From sequence record PZ049694.1: a stretch of 64,000 nucleotides of DNA. The stretch is one strand, 5' to 3'. The number at the start of each line of letters is the position of its first letter. The stretch's first letter is position 1. The notes below the pieces were generated by a model. That model made no database searches. It was given only the letters and a program-made list of their open reading frames with translations, and had not been told where the DNA came from. The position numbers were made by a program, and so were the translations under genes. Source of the DNA: a phage. Shown here one piece after another: positions 1-8,914 of the stretch.

Positions 1-28
1 AAAAAAAAAAGGAATCCCGAAGGATTCC
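1..28 (-). terminator. rho-independent terminator downstream of soc
   Basis: Hairpin ggaatcc-cgaa-ggattcc (11-28); on the minus-strand RNA this is a UUCG-tetraloop stem followed by U10 (complement of A10 at 1-10). Confidence 0.7.
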
Positions 29-37
29 TTAAATTAT

Positions 38-274
38 TTAACCACTTACTGGTGTAGGGGTAAACATTGCTGCGTTCTTAGTTTTCCAAGTTGCTGCATC
101 AGAAACGACATCAGAATAAGCTGCCTTTTCTGATGGAAAGATTTGGTAATGAGAATCTGCAATCCGATGTTCGTTTGAATAAATCTCAAACGGTACAGAA
201 ACTTCCATACCTTTAACTTCTTTGCCTTCACCTGCAGGATGCGTAAAGGTTTTGATATTAACGTAACCACCCAT
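38..274 (-). CDS. soc: small outer capsid protein Soc
   Basis: 78 aa; GYVNIKTF and HYQIFPSEKAAYS motifs as remembered for T4 Soc; AAGGAG SD; late promoter upstream, terminator downstream. Confidence 0.8.
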   Translation of the reverse strand: MGGYVNIKTFTHPAGEGKEVKGMEVSVPFEIYSNEHRIADSHYQIFPSEKAAYSDVVSDAATWKTKNAAMFTPTPVSG

Positions 275-305
275 AATTAACTCCTTTGTTGTTTAATTAC
301 AGGTG

Positions 306-313
306 TATTTATA
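306..313 (-). promoter_or_regulatory. T4-type late promoter (TATAAATA on minus strand)
   Basis: Plus strand reads tatttata, about 30 nt upstream of the soc start codon. Confidence 0.6.
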
Positions 314-319
314 ACTTAA

Positions 320-841
320 TCAGTAACCATTATCCTGGCGTTCAAAGTTGTGTTGGTTTTTCAAGTAGTAAAGTTTAAAGATTTCTTCAGCAGAAAGACC
401 CAGACCTTGGAACATGTTCAGAACGAAGTGCAGAATATCAATCATCTCAAATTTAATTTCAAGCTGGTCTTCAGGAGACAGTTCATCGATACGACGATTA
501 CGATATTCAGCATGTTGTGCTTTCCACGGCTTCCATACACTGCTGGCGGCTTTTTCACCATTGCTCATACCACCAAGTGAAGTCAGCAGTTCACGGAATT
601 CATCATCAATATAATCTTTCTGATTACGCAGCCAATCAACAACGTCGCCTGCAGTGGCCAATTCATCAGGATGTTTGTTATGTTCAGGCTTGTCATTTGC
701 CAAACGAACCTGTAAAGATTTCTGCATATCAAGCATTACCTGAAGTGGGTCTTTATCTTCGTGAATCAGAGCATTAAAATAAGCTTCTTCTGCTTTATCA
801 ACACCAGAAATAAGTTGTGAACATTCGTTAAAGTGTGCCAT
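320..841 (-). CDS. 56: dCTP pyrophosphatase gp56 (MazG-like)
   Basis: ExxE (EFRE) and ExxD (EMID) MazG-type motifs; N-terminus MAHFNEC as remembered for T4 gp56; start moved to internal ATG at 841 (track start 856). Confidence 0.75.
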   Translation of the reverse strand: MAHFNECSQLISGVDKAEEAYFNALIHEDKDPLQVMLDMQKSLQVRLANDKPEHNKHPDELATAGDVVDWLRNQKDYIDDEFRELLTSLGGMSNGEKAASSVWKPWKAQHAEYRNRRIDELSPEDQLEIKFEMIDILHFVLNMFQGLGLSAEEIFKLYYLKNQHNFERQDNGY

Positions 842-929
842 TATTTTTCCTTTCAATTCAGTATAAGAGAGTTAATTCTAACATTAATTTTATAAAGCGT
901 AATAAATAATAGGTAACTAAGGAGATATT

Positions 930-1127
930 ATGTTTAAACTTCCATCGTTAATCAATGCTATTAAAGGCAATAAAAAGAAAACTGCTATCGCCGCAATAGT
1001 TGTAGGTGGCATTATTTCATGGAACTTCGGTATCGCACCATTATTAGTTGCTAATGGTATTATAGTTCCTTCTGTTCCATTGGATACTGTAGTCGATTTG
1101 GCCTTTGCTATTATAGGGCTTGTTTAA
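930..1127 (+). CDS. small hydrophobic protein (65 aa), opposite strand to neighbours
   Basis: Strong SD AAGGAG 5 nt before ATG; two hydrophobic segments (AIAAIVVGGIISW, VVDLAFAIIGLV); ends convergent with the primase gene. Confidence 0.45.
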   Translation: MFKLPSLINAIKGNKKKTAIAAIVVGGIISWNFGIAPLLVANGIIVPSVPLDTVVDLAFAIIGLV

Positions 1128-2146
1128 ATCTTCGAATAATGAGATAATCTCATTTTAGCATGCAACCCACTTGAAATATTCTGTTTCATGTATTCTAAAA
1201 TTTCTTGTGGTGTTGCATTTTCTTTCATTACCATATCATTCACGTCCTTTGATCTCCATGGAGCTCGGTCCCAGAACATGACACGTTCGCCTGCATCAAC
1301 TAATCGCTTCATGCGAGCTATAGTGTCTTTGTGTCGCGGTTCATTATCCATTACCCATACCCGACGTTCTTTAAATGGTACCACATCTAAATCTATTGAG
1401 CCGCCTGTAATAGCGATTGCATTGGGTATGAATAAACTATCAATAGGGCCTTCCATTACCCAGACGTCTCCTTCCTTAACACGTTCAACACCGTAAATTT
1501 TTGTTGCAGACTCAAACGCTTTAATAGTGATATATTTCTGAGGAGCATCTTTACGAAGTGCACGTCCTTGGAATGACTCGGCCTTCCCGTCTTTATTAAA
1601 AATAGGAATCACTAAACGTGGTTCGGGAATCTCTTTCTTATACGTACCAGGTTGAATCTTGTTGACCAATTTAGGCCATTCTAATGTGAACCATAATCTG
1701 TTCCACGATTCTTTAGGAATACACCGAGACTTAACATATTTCACAATAGGATGCTCTTCGGGCAGCTTGTCCAGACGAGAACAAGACGGCAAAGAATTTA
1801 TAGTCTTTTTCTCCGGTTCCGGTTTATGTTCAGGAACCTTTTCAATCTTTGGTTCCATTCTAGCTTTTTCTTTACGAACTTCCATTAGATATTCGCGATA
1901 AAGCTCTTCATCATACTCTTTTAAGTATCCGGAAATTGTATTGTGGTATTGGCAATTATAACAATGTACATTACCAGGAGTACCGCCATAATACCATCCG
2001 CGAGCTTTCATTGCATCTGTCTGGGAGTCGCCACAAACTGGACATCGAAATGTTAATTTAAATGTGCTTGAATTATTGATTTGTCTAAAACGAGGTAGGT
2101 GAGAAAACGCGCGATAAGCAAATTCATTATCTATCCATTCAGCCAT
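1124..2146 (-). CDS. 61: DNA primase gp61
   Basis: 340 aa; N-terminal zinc ribbon CPVCGDS...CYNC; position between 56 and 41. Confidence 0.9.
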   Translation of the reverse strand: MAEWIDNEFAYRAFSHLPRFRQINNSSTFKLTFRCPVCGDSQTDAMKARGWYYGGTPGNVHCYNCQYHNTISGYLKEYDEELYREYLMEVRKEKARMEPKIEKVPEHKPEPEKKTINSLPSCSRLDKLPEEHPIVKYVKSRCIPKESWNRLWFTLEWPKLVNKIQPGTYKKEIPEPRLVIPIFNKDGKAESFQGRALRKDAPQKYITIKAFESATKIYGVERVKEGDVWVMEGPIDSLFIPNAIAITGGSIDLDVVPFKERRVWVMDNEPRHKDTIARMKRLVDAGERVMFWDRAPWRSKDVNDMVMKENATPQEILEYMKQNISSGLHAKMRLSHYSKI

Positions 2147-2185
2147 AGTATTCTCCAGAGGCCTTAAATTAATAAGGCCATCTTA

Positions 2186-2680
2186 TCACAACTTATTAAT
2201 ATTTACTTTAATTCGCTTTCTTTTCTTGGAAGGAATTTGTTCTGGACCTTTATTTACTACTGCACCTGTAGTTGTTCCTGATGCAATAGCTTGAGGGCTG
2301 CCACCTGAATCACCAGCAACCATATCCTCAAATAAAGGGAGTTCTTTAAATATTTCTTTCTGCTGTTCTTCCGTAATGTTATAGCGTGAAGCTACAGCAC
2401 TCCAGGCAGACATCATTGAGGCCATTCCATTAAGACCTGGAACAGTGCTCATCATTCGCTTCATTGAACGAACTGAAGCATGAAAAGGTGTATAAGCCGC
2501 TTTCTCTTCAGGAGTGGAAGGACGTTTAAGAACACTTCCACGTTCATCGATGATTTTGGCTTCGTATGCTTTCCATTCGGTAAAAGGTTTTTGCATTAGT
2601 CGAATAAACTTATATGCGTAAACAGAATCTATTGCAGTGTTAATAATACCCATAGGTACCTCCTGAGTATATTTAATCAA
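2186..2680 (-). CDS. hypothetical protein (164 aa)
   Basis: Minus-strand ORF in the 61-to-sp interval, tightly packed with neighbours. Confidence 0.5.
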   Translation of the reverse strand: MIKYTQEVPMGIINTAIDSVYAYKFIRLMQKPFTEWKAYEAKIIDERGSVLKRPSTPEEKAAYTPFHASVRSMKRMMSTVPGLNGMASMMSAWSAVASRYNITEEQQKEIFKELPLFEDMVAGDSGGSPQAIASGTTTGAVVNKGPEQIPSKKRKRIKVNINKL

Positions 2681-2870
2681 TTACAAAGATTGCTTTGTCA
2701 CCATTTATATCTGTGACTTCATATGTAGTGCCTTCATACTGTGGAATATTCCAAATTACACCGTCATTAGCTTTTACGCTAATATGGCATTGGTGTTTTG
2801 AAATAACTTCATAATCTTCAAAACTTGTAAAAACACTAATTTTAGAACCAGTGCAAATTGCAGTAGTCAT
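2673..2870 (-). CDS. hypothetical protein (65 aa)
   Basis: Minus-strand ORF, 8-nt overlap with downstream gene. Confidence 0.4.
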   Translation of the reverse strand: MTTAICTGSKISVFTSFEDYEVISKHQCHISVKANDGVIWNIPQYEGTTYEVTDINGDKAIFVID

Positions 2871-2871
2871 T

Positions 2872-3531
2872 TTAACCTCGATTCATAAATGCATTAAATA
2901 TTTGGTCATCGACAGAAATTTCTAATTCGACTTCAATTGCTTCAGCCTTTTCTTCGGGTGGTAATTCGTATCCACACACTACAATTTTTTCATCGATATC
3001 AAAATATACAGAAGCAATATGATTAATGTTATTTTCAGTTAAGTCTAAATCAACATCAACATCTTTTTGACCTACACTTAGAGGATAACTAATACGGGTT
3101 ATTTTATTATCTTTAACAAAGAGTCCACCAACATACTCTGTACTACGTTTGAAGTTTACACGTTTCCGAATTGAAAGATATGATACATCTTTACCGTGAG
3201 CTCGGCTCATAGGACATAATGAATAGCTAGAATAGGAGATGTCAAATCCTACACCTTCAATATGAACCAACGCGTCATGATTAAACCAATTATAATCATA
3301 TGCCAAATCCATTATATTGTAATATGTGAAAGGCACAGGATTAACATCATATGTTGTACCTTTAAAATCTGCCCAGGCAACGATTTCGTTATCTTTAACA
3401 ATTACAAAAATTACACCAATATGATATCCGTTATTATTTTCATTCGGCGTTATATTATAACATTGCGCATTAGGAAATTTACCATATTTAAATGGCGCAT
3501 TTTTGTGCATGTAATAAATCATGTTATTCAC
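2872..3531 (-). CDS. hypothetical protein (219 aa)
   Basis: Minus-strand ORF between primase and spackle. Confidence 0.55.
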   Translation of the reverse strand: MNNMIYYMHKNAPFKYGKFPNAQCYNITPNENNNGYHIGVIFVIVKDNEIVAWADFKGTTYDVNPVPFTYYNIMDLAYDYNWFNHDALVHIEGVGFDISYSSYSLCPMSRAHGKDVSYLSIRKRVNFKRSTEYVGGLFVKDNKITRISYPLSVGQKDVDVDLDLTENNINHIASVYFDIDEKIVVCGYELPPEEKAEAIEVELEISVDDQIFNAFMNRG

Positions 3532-3817
3532 CTGTGATTTCGGTTACGATATCTTTGTTATCGAAATTAGGGTCACAATACAAAACATAGTTGTACTGCA
3601 TGATACCGCCAGACTTAAGTTGTTCAACAACTTTATTAACCATATTAGGACGGTCTCGTTTAGTGATGTTCATGATATCAGAGAAGATTTGTTGTTCAAC
3701 ATCTTCTTGATTTGCAGTCATTGACCACTCACAGAGGTCTTTATCATAACCTGCCGTAACTGGAGCCGGTGCACATGATACTGCAAGTAAGATTGCTGCC
3801 AATGATAACTTTTTCAT
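3524..3817 (-). CDS. sp: Spackle periplasmic superinfection-exclusion protein
   Basis: 97 aa; signal peptide; AGYDKDLCEWSMTA and LKSGGIMQYNYVLYCD as remembered for T4 Sp. Confidence 0.75.
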   Translation of the reverse strand: MKKLSLAAILLAVSCAPAPVTAGYDKDLCEWSMTANQEDVEQQIFSDIMNITKRDRPNMVNKVVEQLKSGGIMQYNYVLYCDPNFDNKDIVTEITGE

Positions 3818-3846
3818 TTTAACTCCTTAGTTGATTTGATAGGACT

Positions 3847-3875
3847 ACTATACTATAGTCCATCTATAATGTAAA
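3847..3875 (-). promoter_or_regulatory. early-type sigma70 promoter cassette
   Basis: Minus strand: -35 TTTACA, 17-bp spacer, -10 TATAGT; inverted repeat aggacta...tagtcc spans the -10; upstream of sp. Confidence 0.5.
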
Positions 3876-3880
3876 CAAGT

Positions 3881-4129
3881 TTATTCTTTTTCGCGAATAA
3901 TAATTACTTGTTGAGGCTGTAGAGCAGATTTCTTTTCGGCAACGATAGACCAAATTAAAGTTCCAATCCAACCAACCATCGTCCAGTTAAAGAGTAAAGA
4001 TACGAAGAAGATTGCTGTTGTGCTTTTTGTGCCACGAATAAGTGCGATTACCCAAGGCAACATGTAAATGATGATTGAACCAATACCTGCGATTAAAACT
4101 GCTACTGAACTAGCTACGAATAATTCCAT
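3881..4129 (-). CDS. small membrane protein (82 aa, two hydrophobic helices)
   Basis: Hydrophobic segments VAVLIAGIGSIIIYMLPWVIALI and IFFVSLLFNWTMVGWIGTLIWSIV. Confidence 0.55.
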   Translation of the reverse strand: MELFVASSVAVLIAGIGSIIIYMLPWVIALIRGTKSTTAIFFVSLLFNWTMVGWIGTLIWSIVAEKKSALQPQQVIIIREKE

Positions 4130-4190
4130 GTTAATTTCCTCTTGATTTGTTATGTTTATAGTATCTTGGTTTAACTTTAGTGTAAACCAA

Positions 4191-4559
4191 TTAATTAAAT
4201 TTGTTTAAACGTTCAATACACTGGATGTAGTTATTCGCGATTTGTTTCTGGGTAGGCTCTTTACCAGTTGTTTCAACATAGCGAATGAATGCGATTTCAG
4301 TAGCCTGTAAGCAATGTTCTTTAACGCGCTGTTCTTTTGACATAGCTACAGTATCAGAATCACGATAACGTTGAGCATGAGCATCAGCTTGAATCATTCG
4401 ATTACCTACAGTAACCGGGTCTTCCACTTCAACTTTAGGTTGTTCATACTGTTTAACATTCGGATTGTAAATCAGTTGGCCGACGTTATTAGGAATAAAG
4501 CCATGGGCACCACATCCTGTTAATCCAAATACCATTGCTAAAGCGATTAATTTTTTCAT
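4191..4559 (-). CDS. putative lipoprotein (122 aa)
   Basis: Signal peptide with lipobox LTGC. Confidence 0.6.
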   Translation of the reverse strand: MKKLIALAMVFGLTGCGAHGFIPNNVGQLIYNPNVKQYEQPKVEVEDPVTVGNRMIQADAHAQRYRDSDTVAMSKEQRVKEHCLQATEIAFIRYVETTGKEPTQKQIANNYIQCIERLNKFN

Positions 4560-4587
4560 TTCAATTTCCTCTATAGTTGATAGAAAG

Positions 4588-4616
4588 ATAGTAACACAGT
4601 ATGCGATGCTTGTAAA
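4588..4616 (-). promoter_or_regulatory. early-type sigma70 promoter cassette
   Basis: Minus strand -35 TTTACA, 17-bp spacer, -10 TACTAT; upstream of the lipoprotein gene. Confidence 0.5.
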
Positions 4617-4619
4617 CAG

Positions 4620-4745
4620 CTATTTTAAACTTTTGCGAAATTTGCGTTTTTCTTGACGAATCTGTCGTTTAGTCGGACGTACAGCAAATTTAACGAAGTC
4701 CACTTTGCCGTGTGGAAACTTTTCAGATGCTTCACGGTCCATCAT
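4620..4745 (-). CDS. small basic protein (41 aa) with RPTKRQ motif
   Basis: ATG-ATG start; C-terminal VRPTKRQIRQEKRKFRKSLK; paralog of the small ORFs at 32635-32814 and 33239-33436; below the track's 60-aa cutoff. Confidence 0.3.
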   Translation of the reverse strand: MMDREASEKFPHGKVDFVKFAVRPTKRQIRQEKRKFRKSLK

Positions 4746-4832
4746 TAGTTCCATCCTTCCAGAATAAGAGCTTTCCATTGTGTAGTTGATGCAAATTCGT
4801 ATGTTGATGGTTTAAACACAGTTGAATACATA

Positions 4833-5024
4833 TTATCCTCTGAAATCAGCTTCAAAAACTTTCTCGTCATTAACAAATGCTTTAACTAATGCGTTGTTCA
4901 CTTCAGCAAGTTGTACCGTAACCCACTCGATTTCTTCACGGTCACCTGATAACATGATATCTTTAGTGAACATCTCACCACTTTTAAACCAACCAATAAA
5001 AGTAACTTTAGTTAATTTGCTCAT
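4833..5024 (-). CDS. hypothetical protein (63 aa)
   Basis: Start taken at internal ATG that forms an ATGA overlap with the upstream gene stop. Confidence 0.4.
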   Translation of the reverse strand: MSKLTKVTFIGWFKSGEMFTKDIMLSGDREEIEWVTVQLAEVNNALVKAFVNDEKVFEADFRG

Positions 5025-5338
5025 ATTTCCTCGCAAAATGCCCATTCAGCGTGATAAACTGTAGCACCTTTAGTATTATTCATTTGAACTACGTCTACCG
5101 GAGAAATTACTCGATAGAGACGTGGTTCACCTCCATAAGAGCGTGCTGCTCGTCCTGCATAAATCTTTGCTAAACCGATATCTTCAGTAAAGAATACACG
5201 ATCCAAGTTTTTCTTACGTCCGATTTCAGACAGAACTCCTGTTTCCTCAGGAGGACAAAGCATGTTTTCGATGTTAGCTGAACTGCTTGAACCGTGATAA
5301 AAAATCTTAAATTCTGCTTTACAATCGATGGTTTTCAT
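5021..5338 (-). CDS. hypothetical protein (105 aa)
   Basis: Minus-strand ORF with promoter cassette upstream. Confidence 0.5.
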   Translation of the reverse strand: MKTIDCKAEFKIFYHGSSSSANIENMLCPPEETGVLSEIGRKKNLDRVFFTEDIGLAKIYAGRAARSYGGEPRLYRVISPVDVVQMNNTKGATVYHAEWAFCEEI

Positions 5339-5364
5339 TTTGTTCTCCAGTAGTTGATAGGTCT

Positions 5365-5393
5365 ATAATAACACAACTACTGGAGAAGTAAAC
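5365..5393 (-). promoter_or_regulatory. early-type sigma70 promoter cassette
   Basis: Minus strand -35 GTTTAC, about 17-bp spacer, -10 TATTAT; inverted repeat ggtctat...atagacc-like. Confidence 0.45.
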
Positions 5394-5768
5394 TTAAAAA
5401 CGTAATTTAGATATATCTGCGTTGATTTCGTTTTGGTTTGCGTCGTATGCAATTAAACGAACCGCTTTAGATGGGTCATTCAATGCATAGAAATGATGGA
5501 ACATTGCTCGAACGATATCACCATTTACGAGTTCTACCTGGATAGGAGAACCTTTTTCGAGTTGGAAATGTTCATAAGCTTTGATGGTTCGTAGATAATC
5601 AAGTTTTTGATTTCCAGCTCCAACTATTTGTACGATACGTTTGCCTGTGTTTTCCATACGAGATACAATAGTTTTAGGAGCAAGAATAACGTAGGTTGCC
5701 AGCGGAGAAACTACTTCAACAGTTGTGTTTTCGGTGATTGCAGTAAAAATTGCTTGAGACATATTCAT
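5394..5768 (-). CDS. hypothetical protein (124 aa)
   Basis: Minus-strand ORF immediately downstream of gene 41. Confidence 0.5.
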   Translation of the reverse strand: MNMSQAIFTAITENTTVEVVSPLATYVILAPKTIVSRMENTGKRIVQIVGAGNQKLDYLRTIKAYEHFQLEKGSPIQVELVNGDIVRAMFHHFYALNDPSKAVRLIAYDANQNEINADISKLRF

Positions 5769-5797
5769 AATGTTTTCCTCTTGGTTGGTGTAAGTTC

Positions 5798-5826
5798 ATC
5801 ATATCATGCCTAGAGGAAGATGTAAA
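5798..5826 (-). promoter_or_regulatory. early-type sigma70 promoter
   Basis: Minus strand -35 TTTACA, 17-bp spacer, -10 TATGAT. Confidence 0.45.
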
Positions 5827-5834
5827 CCCCGAAA

Positions 5835-5855
5835 GGAGACCGAAGTCTCCTTTTT
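5835..5855. other. stem-loop between gene 41 and downstream gene
   Basis: ggagac-cgaa-gtctcc (UUCG tetraloop on minus RNA); the T5 run is on the plus side. Confidence 0.4.
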
Positions 5856-5856
5856 A

Positions 5857-7299
5857 TTAAAATTTTAACTCATTGGCTAAGCTATCTAGGTCAGCCCGTG
5901 TTGTTTTGGCTTTACCTACGCGTTCCGTACGATTCACCTCTGCCTGACGCATCTGAGCACCTGCGTTTTCATTTACCGTGTTAGGTGTGTTCATTCCTTC
6001 TTGCTCAATCTCAATCCATTTCTGGTTGCCTTTACGTACACCCATTAGGAATTTATTCCATTTATTCTTATCACCATATCGTGATTTGATTTGTTTGATA
6101 AGTTGTTGTTCAGCTTGTGCAAGTTCTTCGGTTTCAATTACAGCCAACATGAAATCTGCCGTTGCCGGTAAACCTGCTGATTCTGCAATATCGCTCATGT
6201 TCATATCCGAAGCATCCCATGCTGCACGTCCTACTTGAGCTGCAGTCCATAGAACTGTTTCAGATTCTACTGCTAATGCACGAAGTTCTTCTGCGATAGC
6301 TTTAACTAATGTGTAGCTATTTTCAGTATAAACTCTGATACGACAAGACCCACAAATACCTAAGTAATCAACCATGATTACGGATGGCACAAAGTTCTTC
6401 TTAAGTTTTAACTCATTAAGCAATGCACGGAATGTATTAGCATTAGCTCCACCAGTAGGATACTGTTTAACTACTAAACGTCCTAATGTGGATTTTGAAC
6501 GCCATTTTTCCATCTTGGCTTTATATTCAGCATAAGATACGTTGCCATCATCGATATCATCGAGCGATACGTCAAGCATGTTTGCATCTATACGCTTAGC
6601 ACAAACTTCTTCAGCCATTTCCATGGAAATATAAAGAACATTATGACCTGTTTGAAGATAATCTGCAGCAAGTGAACAAAGGCCTAAAGATTTACCAACG
6701 TTAACACCGGCCATTAAAACATTCAGTGTACCGGTTTCAGCACCACCTTTAGTGATTTTATTCAAAATGTTTAATTTGAACGGGACCTTACGTGCTTTGT
6801 TCAGATAAGAAAGCCAGCGTGCTTCGTAGTCTTCCATCCAGTCATGTCCAACATAACTATCAAACGAAATTGAAAGTGCTTGACGCATAATATCAGGAAT
6901 AGCTCCTACGTCAGGCATTTTCTTGTTACGTTGTTCTGGAGGTAATTCAGCATTAGACTGAATCTCAATGATTTTGGATGTAGCATTATACATCGCTTTT
7001 TGCTGGACATATTTCTCAGTTTCTTTAACCAACCATTCATGGTCTTCAGGAGTATCAGCCAATTTTTCAATTAGGTCTGAAGTTCCTTTATATTCGGCTT
7101 CAGTTAAAGAACTGTTATCTAAAGCCACCTTTAATGCATTGATAGATGGCATTGCATTATATTCGTTAACGTGGCTCTTTATAATTTTAAAGACGTTTTT
7201 TGCCGGTCCACGCTCAAAATACTCAGAATCCATATAAGGCCAGACCTTAGAAAAATAAGCCTGGTCATATACGAGATGAGACAAAATAATTTCTACCAC
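5857..7299 (-). CDS. 41: replicative DNA helicase gp41 (DnaB-like)
   Basis: 480 aa; Walker A GVNVGKS; extensive match to remembered T4 gp41; GTG start. Confidence 0.9.
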   Translation of the reverse strand: MVEIILSHLVYDQAYFSKVWPYMDSEYFERGPAKNVFKIIKSHVNEYNAMPSINALKVALDNSSLTEAEYKGTSDLIEKLADTPEDHEWLVKETEKYVQQKAMYNATSKIIEIQSNAELPPEQRNKKMPDVGAIPDIMRQALSISFDSYVGHDWMEDYEARWLSYLNKARKVPFKLNILNKITKGGAETGTLNVLMAGVNVGKSLGLCSLAADYLQTGHNVLYISMEMAEEVCAKRIDANMLDVSLDDIDDGNVSYAEYKAKMEKWRSKSTLGRLVVKQYPTGGANANTFRALLNELKLKKNFVPSVIMVDYLGICGSCRIRVYTENSYTLVKAIAEELRALAVESETVLWTAAQVGRAAWDASDMNMSDIAESAGLPATADFMLAVIETEELAQAEQQLIKQIKSRYGDKNKWNKFLMGVRKGNQKWIEIEQEGMNTPNTVNENAGAQMRQAEVNRTERVGKAKTTRADLDSLANELKF

Positions 7300-7308
7300 G
7301 ATAACTCC

Positions 7309-7650
7309 TTAAAAGAATTTAAATTTTTTCTTGGTCCTTTCATTAAAAGCTTGTTGTACTTGCATTGTAACACATTTTTCAACATGCGGTGCAAGTTCTG
7401 CTTTTCTGTCCTGGTCAAGAACTGCAAAGTCCATTACGATTTTACCATCAACCCAGTCTAGTTTTGTAATATAGACTATATGATGAGAACCATCTTCAAG
7501 TGTAATCAGAATCTCTTGAATGACATTTTCCATTGCTGAACGGATAATTTTAAGAGATTCATTAAACACTCGTTCTTTGCGAATGTCTTCCCCTTCCGAA
7601 GAAGGGGATTCATCAACGATTTCTAGATTTAAATCATCGAGATTATTCAT
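7309..7650 (-). CDS. hypothetical protein at the position of T4 gene 40
   Basis: 113 aa after moving start to internal ATG clear of uvsX; assignment by synteny only. Confidence 0.4.
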   Translation of the reverse strand: MNNLDDLNLEIVDESPSSEGEDIRKERVFNESLKIIRSAMENVIQEILITLEDGSHHIVYITKLDWVDGKIVMDFAVLDQDRKAELAPHVEKCVTMQVQQAFNERTKKKFKFF

Positions 7651-8815
7651 CGAAATCTTCCATTTCGTCAAGGTCGTTTTCTATATCTGCTGCAGACGGA
7701 GCATCAGAAGTTTTAACCGGAACTTTAGTTGTTGCTTTGCAATTAATAAGGTCGTTAACAGCATCATCAACTTCTTTAATAGAAGAGATAGCACCTAGTT
7801 TATATTTAGTTTCAATTGCATCTCGGAAAGGTTTGTGTTTAAACAACGGTCCCCAGAATTCTACACAATCAGTAGCTTTAGCACGCCATGATTTTTCTTC
7901 ACGAATCATTTCACCTGTTTCTTCGTCAAGGAATTCTCGAGCATACCAACCAGCTTTAGGCTTAACCACAAAACCGATTTCAGTTGCCATTTCTAACAAG
8001 CCACTGAATGGGTCGATACCACCATCGAAATTAACCGTGATTGGGAAAGTAGATTTCTCTTTAACTGTACGAGATTTTTCTGCTTTCAACGTGAAGTCAT
8101 AACCGGTCAATTCTGTACCTTCTTTAACCTGACGTTTAGAGATAAAGAATACAGTGTTAGCAGAGTAAAGAATACCTGTACCACCACCCATAATCTCTTT
8201 AGGATACAATCCGCCAATTTCCATTGCTGTATGGTTAATTGCAACACACGGAATATCTTTAATAGTCAGATACGGTGTCACAATACGGAAAAGAGATTTA
8301 AGTGCCTTAGCACGAGACATATCACCTACGACTTTCTCGTTCAATGCATCTTCGGTTTCTTTCTTAGATGCAGTATTACCGATTGAATCGATAAAGATAA
8401 TAACTTTATCACCGCGTTCAATAGCGTCAAGCTGATTAGTCATATCAACTTTAAGTTGTTCGACAGATTGAATCGGAGTATGAACTACACGGTCTAAATC
8501 AACACCCATTGAACGAAAATAAGATTCTGAAGCACCAAATTCTGAATCATAGAACAAACAAATTGCATCTTTATATTTCTTCATATATGCTGCAACCATG
8601 GTCAGCCCAAACAACGTTTTAAAGTGTTTAGAAGGAGCAGCAAAAATAGTTAAGCCTGATTGCAACCCGGCATTCAGTGCACCACCTAATGCAATATTCA
8701 ACATCGGAATACGAGTAGGGACTTCATCACGATTATTAAACAGCTTAGACTTAGTCAAGTCTGCAGTCATTTTAGAAGTAGAAGCTTTAATCAGACGAGA
8801 TTTTAAATCAGACAT
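7643..8815 (-). CDS. uvsX: RecA-like recombinase UvsX
   Basis: 390 aa; N-terminus MSDLKSRLIKASTS and core motifs as remembered for T4 UvsX. Confidence 0.9.
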   Translation of the reverse strand: MSDLKSRLIKASTSKMTADLTKSKLFNNRDEVPTRIPMLNIALGGALNAGLQSGLTIFAAPSKHFKTLFGLTMVAAYMKKYKDAICLFYDSEFGASESYFRSMGVDLDRVVHTPIQSVEQLKVDMTNQLDAIERGDKVIIFIDSIGNTASKKETEDALNEKVVGDMSRAKALKSLFRIVTPYLTIKDIPCVAINHTAMEIGGLYPKEIMGGGTGILYSANTVFFISKRQVKEGTELTGYDFTLKAEKSRTVKEKSTFPITVNFDGGIDPFSGLLEMATEIGFVVKPKAGWYAREFLDEETGEMIREEKSWRAKATDCVEFWGPLFKHKPFRDAIETKYKLGAISSIKEVDDAVNDLINCKATTKVPVKTSDAPSAADIENDLDEMEDFDE

Positions 8816-8914
8816 TGTATTTTTCCATAGGCATCATTATATTTTACTCATGTTTAAAAGATAAGACGATTATATACTAAGGGTTATACAGCATTTAAAA
8901 CTTTAAACAGGCTC

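Noticed and set aside
46-270. 74-aa minus-strand ORF overlapping soc in another frame
   Set aside because: Alternative-frame artifact; the soc frame gives the recognisable protein.
3881-4129. Assigning the 82-aa membrane protein as Imm
   Set aside because: Topology and size are compatible, but I cannot recall the T4 Imm sequence well enough, and T4 imm lies between 42 and 43, not here.
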